20,000 nucleotides of DNA from an uncultured virus (IMG/VR IMGVR_UViG_2850639881_000002) (Duplodnaviria; Heunggongvirae; Uroviricota; Caudoviricetes), in IMG/VR virus record IMGVR_UViG_2850639881_000002; one strand, 5' to 3'. The position numbers and the translations under genes are program-made. This document shows positions 1 to 7,517 of the stretch, one piece after another; within the stretch, counting starts at the first letter, position 1; each line of letters opens with the position of its first letter. The notes under the pieces are model-generated. The model did not search any database. It was given only the letters and a program-made list of their open reading frames with translations, and was not told the origin of the DNA.

Positions 1-1
1 C

Positions 2-133
2 CTTGCCAAGCTCGACGCGGATCCGCGCATCGATCCTCGCAACCGCGATCACAAGGATCCGGGCCAGCGTTTCGATCCCGATTTGCGCAAGCGCTACGAC
101 GACGCATATGCGCGTCTTCATTCCGGGCGCTAA
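2..133 (+). CDS. 3' end of probable capsid scaffolding/assembly protein (partial, starts upstream of window)
   Basis: Frame 2 reads LAKLDADPRIDPRNRDHKDPGQRFDPDLRKRYDDAYARLHSGR* (TAA 131-133) with GC-ending codons. The DPR...DP...Y..L tail and the position just before the capsid gene are typical of podophage scaffolds. Not in the supplied ORF track. Confidence 0.7.
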   Translation, partial: LAKLDADPRIDPRNRDHKDPGQRFDPDLRKRYDDAYARLHSGR

Positions 134-152
134 CCTCCCAGGCGCCACACCT

Positions 153-179
153 GGCCGGGCACAGTGCCCGGCCTTTTTT
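153..179 (+). terminator. Intrinsic terminator after scaffold gene
   Basis: Perfect inverted repeat GGCCGGGCAC-A-GTGCCCGGCC (153-173) followed by TTTTTT (174-179). Confidence 0.85.
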
Positions 180-187
180 ATGAGAAG

Positions 188-214
188 TTGACCTCACACC
201 CGCCCGCTTATCGT
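188..214 (+). promoter_or_regulatory. Putative late promoter 1 (capsid gene)
   Basis: TTGACC (188-193), 15-nt spacer, TATCGT (209-214). Same geometry in three other intergenic gaps, and it lies immediately after the terminator. Confidence 0.7.
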
Positions 215-335
215 CGATATCAGCAGCGGGTGGACCTGCGCGGCTCATGGCCTCTCCGGCTTGGCCCGGACCTATGAGCGCAAGCGGCCTCTCCTCCCCG
301 GTGTTTTCCCCTTTTAACATCGGAGCGATCCTTCC

Positions 336-1217
336 ATGACGATCAATGCAAATAACTGGAATACGACCCAGTTCGCCAACCGGGCGATGCACATCTACCA
401 GCAGAAAGGCAACCGCCTGCGTCCGACCGTGACCCAGGCGATCCGGATCGAGAACAACGAAAAGGCCGTTTTCTGGCTTGCCGGCAAGACCAAGGCGAAG
501 AAGAAGACCCGCCGCGAACGCAATATTCCGGGCAACGGCGAGCGCAAGAAATTCGAAGCCGCGCTCGAGACCTGGGTCGCCTTCGACACCGTCGAGGAAT
601 ACGACGTCGACCGCATGAGCGTGGACGAGAAGGAAATCGTCTACGAGAGCGGCGCCAATGCCCTCGGCCGCGCCACCGACATCGAGCTTTACGCAAAGAT
701 GAACGCCGCGATCGCATCGGGCGCCGTCCCCGCCGAGCTCGATTTCTCCGCCGGCGCTTTCTCCGCCGCGAACGCCTTGATGCTCTGCAAGCACCTGCAG
801 GACGACAAGGTGGCGTGGGACGGCAATGTCTATTGCGGCCTGCCTGCGTTGCAGTGGAACCAGCTGCTCGCCAACAAGATCGTCAATTCCGCCGACCATG
901 TCGGTTCGGATCTGCCCTTCGTGAAGGCGACCGACACCCGTTTCTGGAACGGCGTCAATTGGTTCCTCTTCGTCGAAGAGGATGCCCAGGATCTCTATCC
1001 CGTGCCCTCTGCGAACAAGCAGGACTTGTTCATCTGGCACAAGACCGCACTCGGCTGGGGCAACAACACGGATCTCCGCGTCATCACTCAGTGGGACAAC
1101 TACGAGGACTGCTGGACGGTCAACATGCAGGCGAAGGGCTGCGCCACCACCCTGCAGGAAGGCAAGGGCATCAAGCGCTTCCGCACCTCGTCGAACAGCG
1201 CGATCGCCGTCGTCTGA
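336..1217 (+). CDS. Major capsid protein
   Basis: 293 aa, GGAG RBS at 322-325. Motifs F...(M)HIYQQKG.RLR, ALGRATD, FWNGVNWF and HKTALG resemble podophage capsid proteins. Position between scaffold and tail tube genes fits. Confidence 0.85.
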   Translation: MTINANNWNTTQFANRAMHIYQQKGNRLRPTVTQAIRIENNEKAVFWLAGKTKAKKKTRRERNIPGNGERKKFEAALETWVAFDTVEEYDVDRMSVDEKEIVYESGANALGRATDIELYAKMNAAIASGAVPAELDFSAGAFSAANALMLCKHLQDDKVAWDGNVYCGLPALQWNQLLANKIVNSADHVGSDLPFVKATDTRFWNGVNWFLFVEEDAQDLYPVPSANKQDLFIWHKTALGWGNNTDLRVITQWDNYEDCWTVNMQAKGCATTLQEGKGIKRFRTSSNSAIAVV

Positions 1218-1232
1218 TCTTGAAGCCTGGTC

Positions 1233-1248
1233 GGGCGGTTCGCCGCCC
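1233..1248 (+). other. Stable RNA hairpin with UUCG tetraloop between capsid and next gene
   Basis: GGGCGG-TTCG-CCGCCC followed by a pyrimidine tract without a strong U-run. Could be a partial terminator or mRNA stabiliser. Confidence 0.6.
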
Positions 1249-1281
1249 TTCCACCTTTCCGCAAACCAGGAGATTTCTACC

Positions 1282-1560
1282 ATGGCCTTCGACATCAAGG
1301 GCTTTCGCACCGCCGACTACATGAGCAATCCGTCCGGCGCCGCCGGCGCCAATCTCGGCGTCCACAGGTACGTCACCAATGACGACCGGGCTGCGGTCGA
1401 AACCGCCGGCTACTTCAACGCGCTCACCTCGCGCGTGAAAGTCGGCGATCACATCGACATGACGCTCGACCTCGACGGCACTCCGATGCGCCGCAACTAC
1501 ATCGTCTCGAGCAACACCGGCGGCGTCGTCGCGATCGCTGCGCAGAACGTCGCCGCCTGA
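1282..1560 (+). CDS. Small conserved virion protein following capsid (possible decoration protein), 92 aa
   Basis: AGGAG RBS (1268-1272) then ATG 1282. Contains the TND..AAVETAGYFN....VKVGDHI pattern often seen after podophage capsid genes. The track start at 982 is an over-extension. Confidence 0.75.
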   Translation: MAFDIKGFRTADYMSNPSGAAGANLGVHRYVTNDDRAAVETAGYFNALTSRVKVGDHIDMTLDLDGTPMRRNYIVSSNTGGVVAIAAQNVAA

Positions 1561-1576
1561 CGTTTCGCGCTTGCGT

Positions 1577-1616
1577 GCCCCTGCCGGATCACGCCCCGGC
1601 AGGGGCTTTCCCTTTT
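1577..1616 (+). terminator. Probable intrinsic terminator after head genes
   Basis: 11-bp stem GCCCCTGCCGG (1577-1587) / CCGGCAGGGGC (1596-1606) followed by TTTCCCTTTT. The imperfect U tract suggests read-through into tail genes. Confidence 0.7.
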
Positions 1617-1630
1617 CAGGAGCGATTTTC

Positions 1631-2260
1631 ATGGCCTTGCTGACCGCGATCGACATCGTGAACGCCGCGTTCAACCGCATCGGCGAGACGCCGATCGAGA
1701 GTTTCGACGACGACGGCGAAAGCGAGCAGGACGCATCCCTGATCTATGAGGACGTCGTCGACTTCAATCTCGGCCTTCAGCCTTCCGGCTTTTCCTTCGC
1801 GCGCGAGGTGCGGCAGCTGTCGAAGCTCTCCGGCGCCACTCCGCTGACAGGCTACACGAACGTCTTCGACATTCCCGGCCCCTATACCGGGCTGCCGATT
1901 TTTCTCAGCGACGACATCACCGATCCCGATCGGCGGTTCACGGCTTTCATCTTGACGGGCGGCCAGGTGCATTCCGACGCCGATCCGCTTTTCGCCATGG
2001 TCAAATTTCGGCCGGATCCTCACCGCTGGACCGCCACCTTCCGCTCCGCCACGATCGCGGCGATCGCCTCGCGCCTGGCGTTCTCGGTTGCATCGGACCG
2101 CGTGACCTCTGAAGCGCTCCGCACGGAGGCTTACGGCACTCCCTCCGAAAACTTCCGCGGCGGCATGATGCGCACTGCGCTGGCCGAGGATGGCTTTTCC
2201 AATCCGCCGCGCAAGCCCGACGTCGACAGTAACCCACTCACCCGAGCCTGGAGAAGCTGA
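1631..2260 (+). CDS. Tail tubular protein A / adaptor (T7 gp11-like), 209 aa
   Basis: AGGAG RBS before ATG 1631. N-terminus T.IDIVNAAFNRIGETPIESFDD, plus FSFA and LA...A patterns typical of adaptor proteins. Synteny. Confidence 0.8.
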   Translation: MALLTAIDIVNAAFNRIGETPIESFDDDGESEQDASLIYEDVVDFNLGLQPSGFSFAREVRQLSKLSGATPLTGYTNVFDIPGPYTGLPIFLSDDITDPDRRFTAFILTGGQVHSDADPLFAMVKFRPDPHRWTATFRSATIAAIASRLAFSVASDRVTSEALRTEAYGTPSENFRGGMMRTALAEDGFSNPPRKPDVDSNPLTRAWRS

Positions 2261-4290
2261 TGGTCGCGCGTCCTGGTCGGCCACAAGCCGCTTTCACCGC
2301 CGGCGAGCTCGATCCGCTGCTGCACGATCGCACGACGCTAAAGTATTTCTCGACCGGCCTGCGCCGCGCCGAGAACGTCGTCATGCTCGCCCAGGGCGGC
2401 TTTCGCCTTCGAGACTACACCCGCCACGTCGGTGCCCTCCTATCGAACGCGCAGCGCATATTTCCCTTCGCCGCCTCGAACGGTTCCGCCTTCGACCTGG
2501 TCATGGCTGGCGACAATTGCCAGGTGTGGGGAGCGACGGCAAATCTTGCCTCGTTCACGATCAGCGGCGTCGGATCGCTGCTTGGCGAAGTCACCGACGC
2601 ACAGCAGTTCGATACCATGCTGCTGTTTCATGAGGATCTCCGATCGAAGCGGATCCGCCTCACGAACACGGGGTGGGTGGTCGATGATCTGCCCTATGAA
2701 GAAATCCCCAACTATGACTATGGCGGCGTCTACACCAACGGCGTGCCAGCAAAATGGCGCCTTGAGTTCGTCGGCCTGGCCGCCACGACTACGACCTTCG
2801 TGCTCACTGTTTCCGGCCAGGAAACGCAGTCAATCGCCTACGACAGCACAATGGCGACACTGGCCGCTACGATCAAAACAGCGGTTGAAGATCTGCCGAA
2901 TGTCAGCGCCGGCATAACCGTGGCGGCAGGATCCGGATCGACAATCACGATCGAATTCACGGGCGCCGGCAACGAGGGCGACGGCTGGGCGGTTTCCGGC
3001 CGCGTCATCAACAAGGCCGATGCAGCCGTGCTGGCAGTCAAGCAGGTCGCAGGCGTCATTCCCGGCGAACCGGTGATCTCGACGACGAAGGGTTGGCCCC
3101 AGTGCGGCGCCTTCTACGGCCAGGCGCTTTTTGTCGGTGGGCTCAAGTCGCTCCCGAATGCCTGGATGCGATCGAAGGTCGGCGACTATTTCAACTTCGA
3201 CCAGCGCTTCACCGAGGCGAACGGGCCCTTCCTCGTGCCTATGGACATCGCCGGCGGCGAGAAGATCGAGCGGATTGTTCCTTCGCTCAATCTGCTGATC
3301 TTCACCACTCAGGCGGAATACTGGATCGCCGAGCGAGCGATCTCCAAAACTCAAGCGCCGAACCATGTCCAGGCGTCTCGCCACGGCTGCAAACGCGGCG
3401 TTCCGATCGTCGAGAACGAGGGCGCCGCGATCTGGTGCCACGCCAACGGCGCGACGATCGGCGAGCTCAGATATACCGACGTCGAGGGCAATTTCGTCGG
3501 CACGGATATTTCGCTGCTCGCCTCTCATCTCCTCACGGACGTCCGCGACATGGCGGTACGGCGCGCGACCGAGACAATGGACGGCAACGTGCACGCGATC
3601 GTCCTCGGTGATGGCAATGCGCGCCTGGTGACGATGTTGCGAGAACAGGAAGTCACCGCCTACACCCGGCTGACGACGGACGGTCTCGCGAAGGCCGTCG
3701 CTCGCAATGCCAGAAACGATCTTTCATGGATCATGGAACGGGGTGGGCAGCGCTTCCTCGAGCGCATGGAGGCGGGCCTCCTGCTCGACGAGGCGCAGGA
3801 TTTCAGCTTCGGCCCTGCATCCGATACAATTACCGGGCTTTCTCGGTTCAATGGTCGCCAAGTTTGGGTCATCGGCGACAGCGACGTCTTCGGGCCTTAT
3901 ACCGTCGCCGACGCCTCCCTCAAGCTTCCGATCGCCGTCTCGGCCGCCACCGTGGGGACTTGGAAACCGCCGATCATCGAGACGCTTCCGCCGCCGCGCG
4001 ACGTCGGCCCGAACGTCGTCTTGAAGCGCAAGGCCAGGATCCACACCGTTCACATTTCGCTCGTCGATACGACCAGCGTCGCGATCTCGACGAACGGCAA
4101 GGCCGTGCGCAATGTCGAGTTGGCCCGGTATGGTGCCTTTGCCGACGTGCCCGAGCTCGAGCAGGGCTTCACCGGCACGATCAAAATTTCCGGATTGAGA
4201 GGCTATGCCGACGATCCCTTCGTGACGATCAGCCAGGTGCGCCCGGGTAGACTGAACGTCAGGGCGATTACCGTCGAGACTGCACTATAG
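2260..4290 (+). CDS. Tail tubular protein B / nozzle (T7 gp12-like)
   Basis: 676 aa, TGATG overlap with the previous gene. Hallmarks Q.AFTAGELDPLL..R.....Y......ENV....QGG, GWP....FY...L, SKVGDYFNF. Confidence 0.85.
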   Translation: MVARPGRPQAAFTAGELDPLLHDRTTLKYFSTGLRRAENVVMLAQGGFRLRDYTRHVGALLSNAQRIFPFAASNGSAFDLVMAGDNCQVWGATANLASFTISGVGSLLGEVTDAQQFDTMLLFHEDLRSKRIRLTNTGWVVDDLPYEEIPNYDYGGVYTNGVPAKWRLEFVGLAATTTTFVLTVSGQETQSIAYDSTMATLAATIKTAVEDLPNVSAGITVAAGSGSTITIEFTGAGNEGDGWAVSGRVINKADAAVLAVKQVAGVIPGEPVISTTKGWPQCGAFYGQALFVGGLKSLPNAWMRSKVGDYFNFDQRFTEANGPFLVPMDIAGGEKIERIVPSLNLLIFTTQAEYWIAERAISKTQAPNHVQASRHGCKRGVPIVENEGAAIWCHANGATIGELRYTDVEGNFVGTDISLLASHLLTDVRDMAVRRATETMDGNVHAIVLGDGNARLVTMLREQEVTAYTRLTTDGLAKAVARNARNDLSWIMERGGQRFLERMEAGLLLDEAQDFSFGPASDTITGLSRFNGRQVWVIGDSDVFGPYTVADASLKLPIAVSAATVGTWKPPIIETLPPPRDVGPNVVLKRKARIHTVHISLVDTTSVAISTNGKAVRNVELARYGAFADVPELEQGFTGTIKISGLRGYADDPFVTISQVRPGRLNVRAITVETAL

Positions 4291-4299
4291 GAGGCATGC

Positions 4300-4869
4300 A
4301 TGGAGCTTGCGGTCGCGGCTTTGGGGAAGGTTTTCACGGGGCTCGGGCTCGCCGGCGCCAGCGCTGGCGGAACGGCTGCTGCGACTGGCGCGACAGCGGC
4401 CGCCGGCGGTGCTGCTGCAGGATCCGGAGCGCTTAGCGCGCTGCAGGGCATTGCGACAACGCTCAAGGTGCTCGGCGGCATCGGTGCCGGCGTTGCAGCC
4501 CGCAACGAGGCCGAGGACGCGGCGGTCCAGACGGAGCTGCAATCCGGCCAGGAGCAGTTGCAATCCACCCAGCGGCAGACGTCGATGAAGCGTGAGCTCG
4601 CCCGTGTGCTCGGCCAGAACGACGTGATCTATGCCGCAGCCGGCATCGACCTATCCGGCGGCATCGCGCAGCAAACGGCGGCCGAACAGAAGGCGCGCGC
4701 CACAGACGAGATCTCGATCGAGCAGCAGGACAGCGAGTTCCGTCGCGCTCTCTATCGTCTTCGTGCCAGGGGCCAGCGCTCCGCCGGCCGATCGGCAATG
4801 CGGGGCGCCCTGATCGGCGCGATCGGCGACGTTGCGCAGTATGGCATGGATGTGGGGAACCGCGGCTGA
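4300..4869 (+). CDS. Small internal virion (ejection) protein, T7 gp14-like position
   Basis: 189 aa, AGGAGG RBS, Ala/Gly-rich hydrophobic N-terminus, Gln-rich helix and YAAAGIDLSGG motif typical of this class. Confidence 0.7.
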   Translation: MELAVAALGKVFTGLGLAGASAGGTAAATGATAAAGGAAAGSGALSALQGIATTLKVLGGIGAGVAARNEAEDAAVQTELQSGQEQLQSTQRQTSMKRELARVLGQNDVIYAAAGIDLSGGIAQQTAAEQKARATDEISIEQQDSEFRRALYRLRARGQRSAGRSAMRGALIGAIGDVAQYGMDVGNRG

Positions 4870-7460
4870 TGGCAAACAAGCAAGTTCGCAATCCGGGTCA
4901 GATCGCCCGCTTTGAGGAGACAGGCCGGATTTCCGCCGACGTTCCAGCTTTTGCGGTGGATACCGGATCCGCCGCTCGAGCGCTGGCGAGCGTCGCCGGC
5001 GGCCTCTCGGAAAATCTCGCCAGGCTCGCCGATCGGGCGGCCGCCCGTGAGGGTGAGCTCGCCGGCCTCTCCGCCGGCGCACAATCCGGCGCCGCCTATC
5101 TGCAGGCCCGCGCGACCGACGAAGCGGCCGCAGCTTCGAACAGGGGCCCTGGCGTCATGGTTCGGGCGCCGGGCGAATTGCGCAAGATCGTGTCCGACGC
5201 CGCTACCCGCCACGGCGTTGATCCGGGCGCGCTGCTCAAGATCGCGATGATCGAGAGTTCCTTCAATCCGAAGGCGAAGAACCCGAGCTCGAGCGCCGGC
5301 GGGCTGTTTCAGTTCGTCGATGAAACGGCGCGACAGTATGGCCTGGCCGATCGCTTTGATCCGGCCCAGGCCGCCGACGCGGCCGCCCGCCTGGCGAAGG
5401 ACAACGCGGCGCATCTGAAAAAGGTGCTCGGCCGCGCGCCGACTGCCGGCGAACTCTACCTTGCCCACCAGCAGGGCGCCGGCGGCGCCGCAAAGCTATT
5501 GAAGAACCCGAACGCCCGCGCCGTCGACCTCGTCGGCGCCAAGGCCGTTCGTCTGAATGGTGGTTCGGCCGACATGACCGCCGGCGCCTTTGCCAATCTC
5601 TGGATGAGCAAGGCAGGCGGCGGCGCGGCTGTCACCGATCCAACGACGACCGCCTCCGTCGCCAGCACGCCCCTGTCGCGCGAGCCGCTTGCACTTCGCC
5701 GCGATGGCACTATCCGCGGCGAGGCCTTCGACGATGCGGCCGCCTCCGCTTATGCCTGGCGCATGCAGGAAGGCCTTTCACGCGACCTTTTCGCGGCCCA
5801 GGCTGAATTCGAGGATGACCCGGCCGGCTTCGTCGCGGCCGCCGACAAGATCCGCAGCAATTACCTGCAGGACGAGGCTCTCGCGGATCCGCGCATGCGG
5901 GAGGGTTTCGATAAGTATTTCGCCCAGCGGTCGGAAGCGTACAGGGAAAACATCGTTGCCCGGCACGAGCGCCGCTTGCGCGACGAGCAGGAAGCGTCTT
6001 TCGCCAGCGGCTACTCTGCGCAGCTCGTCGACCTCGAGCGCCAGGCGCAGGTGCTCGGCGCCAACCCGAAGGGCGACCAGCTGATCGGCGACCAGGTCAG
6101 AACTTTCCAGGCGTCGATCGACGGCGCCGTTGCTTCCGGCACACTGTCGCCGGCGCAGGCGGAAAAGTACAAACTCGAGGTCGCGGAGACGGCCGCTCGA
6201 GGCCGGATCCAAGGCGTCTATGATGCTCTGCCGACGCCGGAGCGGAAGCGCGAGTTTGCGCTTTCCGTGCTCGACGACTGGCGCGAAGGCGAAGGGCCGC
6301 TCGCTGCCCTGCCTTACGACACCGTTCGCGGCATCACCGACAGCCTGCGGCGCGATGCTCAAAGTCAAGTCGAGGCGGCCCGGGCGGCCAACAAGGTCGA
6401 GGCGGCCCGCCTTACCAGCATGATCGACGACGACGTCGAGAGCATCACCTCGAGCGGCAAGGGGCTGCCAGGCGGCGCCGACGGTCTCGACCCTGCCAAG
6501 GTCGGCCAGGTGCTCGGCGCGGAGAAGCTCGCCGATTGGCAACTGAAGCGTGAACGCGCCGGCCGGATCTATGACGCGACCTCCGGCATGGAAACGCAAA
6601 CAGCCGAGGATATCGCCGAGCGCCTGGCGCTCCTGACGCCGAAAGCCGGCAGCATAGGTTTTTCCGAGCAAGCCGACGCGTTCGAGGCGGCACAGAAGAA
6701 GGCTTCCGCGGTCCTGAAGGCGCGCGCTGACGATCCGGCGGCCGCCGTTGAGAAGGCCTTTCCCGATGTCAAGCAGCTGGCGGCCGACGCAAACCCGCAG
6801 GATCCGGCTTCCATGCGAGCCCTCGTTTCCGCTCGCCTCCAGGCGCAGGACGCGATCGGCGTTGCCGAGCTCGCGCGCGAGCCGTTGACCCAGGCGGAGG
6901 CCAAAAATCTGGCGCGATCGGTCAGCCTGCAGCAGGATCCGAAGCTGCAGTCCGACGCGATCTTGCAGCTGGTCGACCAGGTGAGCACGGCTTATGGACC
7001 TCATGCCGAGCGCGTTCTGACGCAGGTTCTCAGTGTGCAGGGCATCGACAAGGAAATGGCCCGCAATGCGGCCGCCCAGTTCCGGCGGCTGTCAAAGGGT
7101 GGCGCCGTGACGACGAGCGATCGCCGCCAGGCGAAGGTGCTCGACGAGACGGCCGTCGCCGAGAGTTCGGCGCGGCCTTCGATGATCGGTGCGATCGAGG
7201 CCGGCGCGACGGCCGCACGCGCCGCGTCTGCAGGCAACAACCGAGTGGGCCCGGTCACCGGGCCGACCGGGCGCGCGGACAATCCGATGGAAGTGGTGCC
7301 CAGCCCGGCGCGCCAGTCGACCGATATGAGCTTCCCGGCGCGGCCGACGCTCGCGAGCATCCAGCATCTCAAGGAAAATCCGCAGCTCGCGCCCCAGTTC
7401 GACGCGCTCTTCGGCGAAGGTGCGGCCCGTCTCTACCTGCCGCCGGCAACAGGCCAGTAA
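4869..7460 (+). CDS. Internal virion (ejection) protein with SLT-type lytic transglycosylase domain
   Basis: 863 aa. IESSFNPKAKN..SSAGGLFQF...YLAHQQGAGGA motifs (about 5175-5615, putative catalytic Glu codon 5253-5255), long helical body, C-terminal LKENPQLAPQFDALFGEGAA motif. Confidence 0.85.
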   Translation: MANKQVRNPGQIARFEETGRISADVPAFAVDTGSAARALASVAGGLSENLARLADRAAAREGELAGLSAGAQSGAAYLQARATDEAAAASNRGPGVMVRAPGELRKIVSDAATRHGVDPGALLKIAMIESSFNPKAKNPSSSAGGLFQFVDETARQYGLADRFDPAQAADAAARLAKDNAAHLKKVLGRAPTAGELYLAHQQGAGGAAKLLKNPNARAVDLVGAKAVRLNGGSADMTAGAFANLWMSKAGGGAAVTDPTTTASVASTPLSREPLALRRDGTIRGEAFDDAAASAYAWRMQEGLSRDLFAAQAEFEDDPAGFVAAADKIRSNYLQDEALADPRMREGFDKYFAQRSEAYRENIVARHERRLRDEQEASFASGYSAQLVDLERQAQVLGANPKGDQLIGDQVRTFQASIDGAVASGTLSPAQAEKYKLEVAETAARGRIQGVYDALPTPERKREFALSVLDDWREGEGPLAALPYDTVRGITDSLRRDAQSQVEAARAANKVEAARLTSMIDDDVESITSSGKGLPGGADGLDPAKVGQVLGAEKLADWQLKRERAGRIYDATSGMETQTAEDIAERLALLTPKAGSIGFSEQADAFEAAQKKASAVLKARADDPAAAVEKAFPDVKQLAADANPQDPASMRALVSARLQAQDAIGVAELAREPLTQAEAKNLARSVSLQQDPKLQSDAILQLVDQVSTAYGPHAERVLTQVLSVQGIDKEMARNAAAQFRRLSKGGAVTTSDRRQAKVLDETAVAESSARPSMIGAIEAGATAARAASAGNNRVGPVTGPTGRADNPMEVVPSPARQSTDMSFPARPTLASIQHLKENPQLAPQFDALFGEGAARLYLPPATGQ

Positions 7461-7463
7461 CGG

Positions 7464-7490
7464 TTGACCTGATTTCCGGAGCCATATCCT
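7464..7490 (+). promoter_or_regulatory. Putative late promoter 2 (polyvalent protein gene)
   Basis: TTGACC (7464-7469), 15-nt spacer, TATCCT (7485-7490) in a 57-nt intergenic gap. Confidence 0.7.
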
Positions 7491-7517
7491 GCGAGCCTCC
7501 ACCACTGCGAGGCTCAA

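Noticed and set aside
3..191. 62-aa ORF from the track
   Set aside because: Wrong frame. It runs through the terminator, and frame 2 (2-133) has the credible protein sequence.
982..1560. Open +1 frame joining the capsid 3' end to the next gene (possible T7 10A/10B-like frameshift)
   Set aside because: No slippery sequence seen, the downstream gene has its own strong RBS, and open frames are common at this GC content.
2238..2249. CTCACCCGAGCC region matching the spacer of promoter 4
   Set aside because: Single short match inside coding sequence without the TTGAC element, so probably chance.
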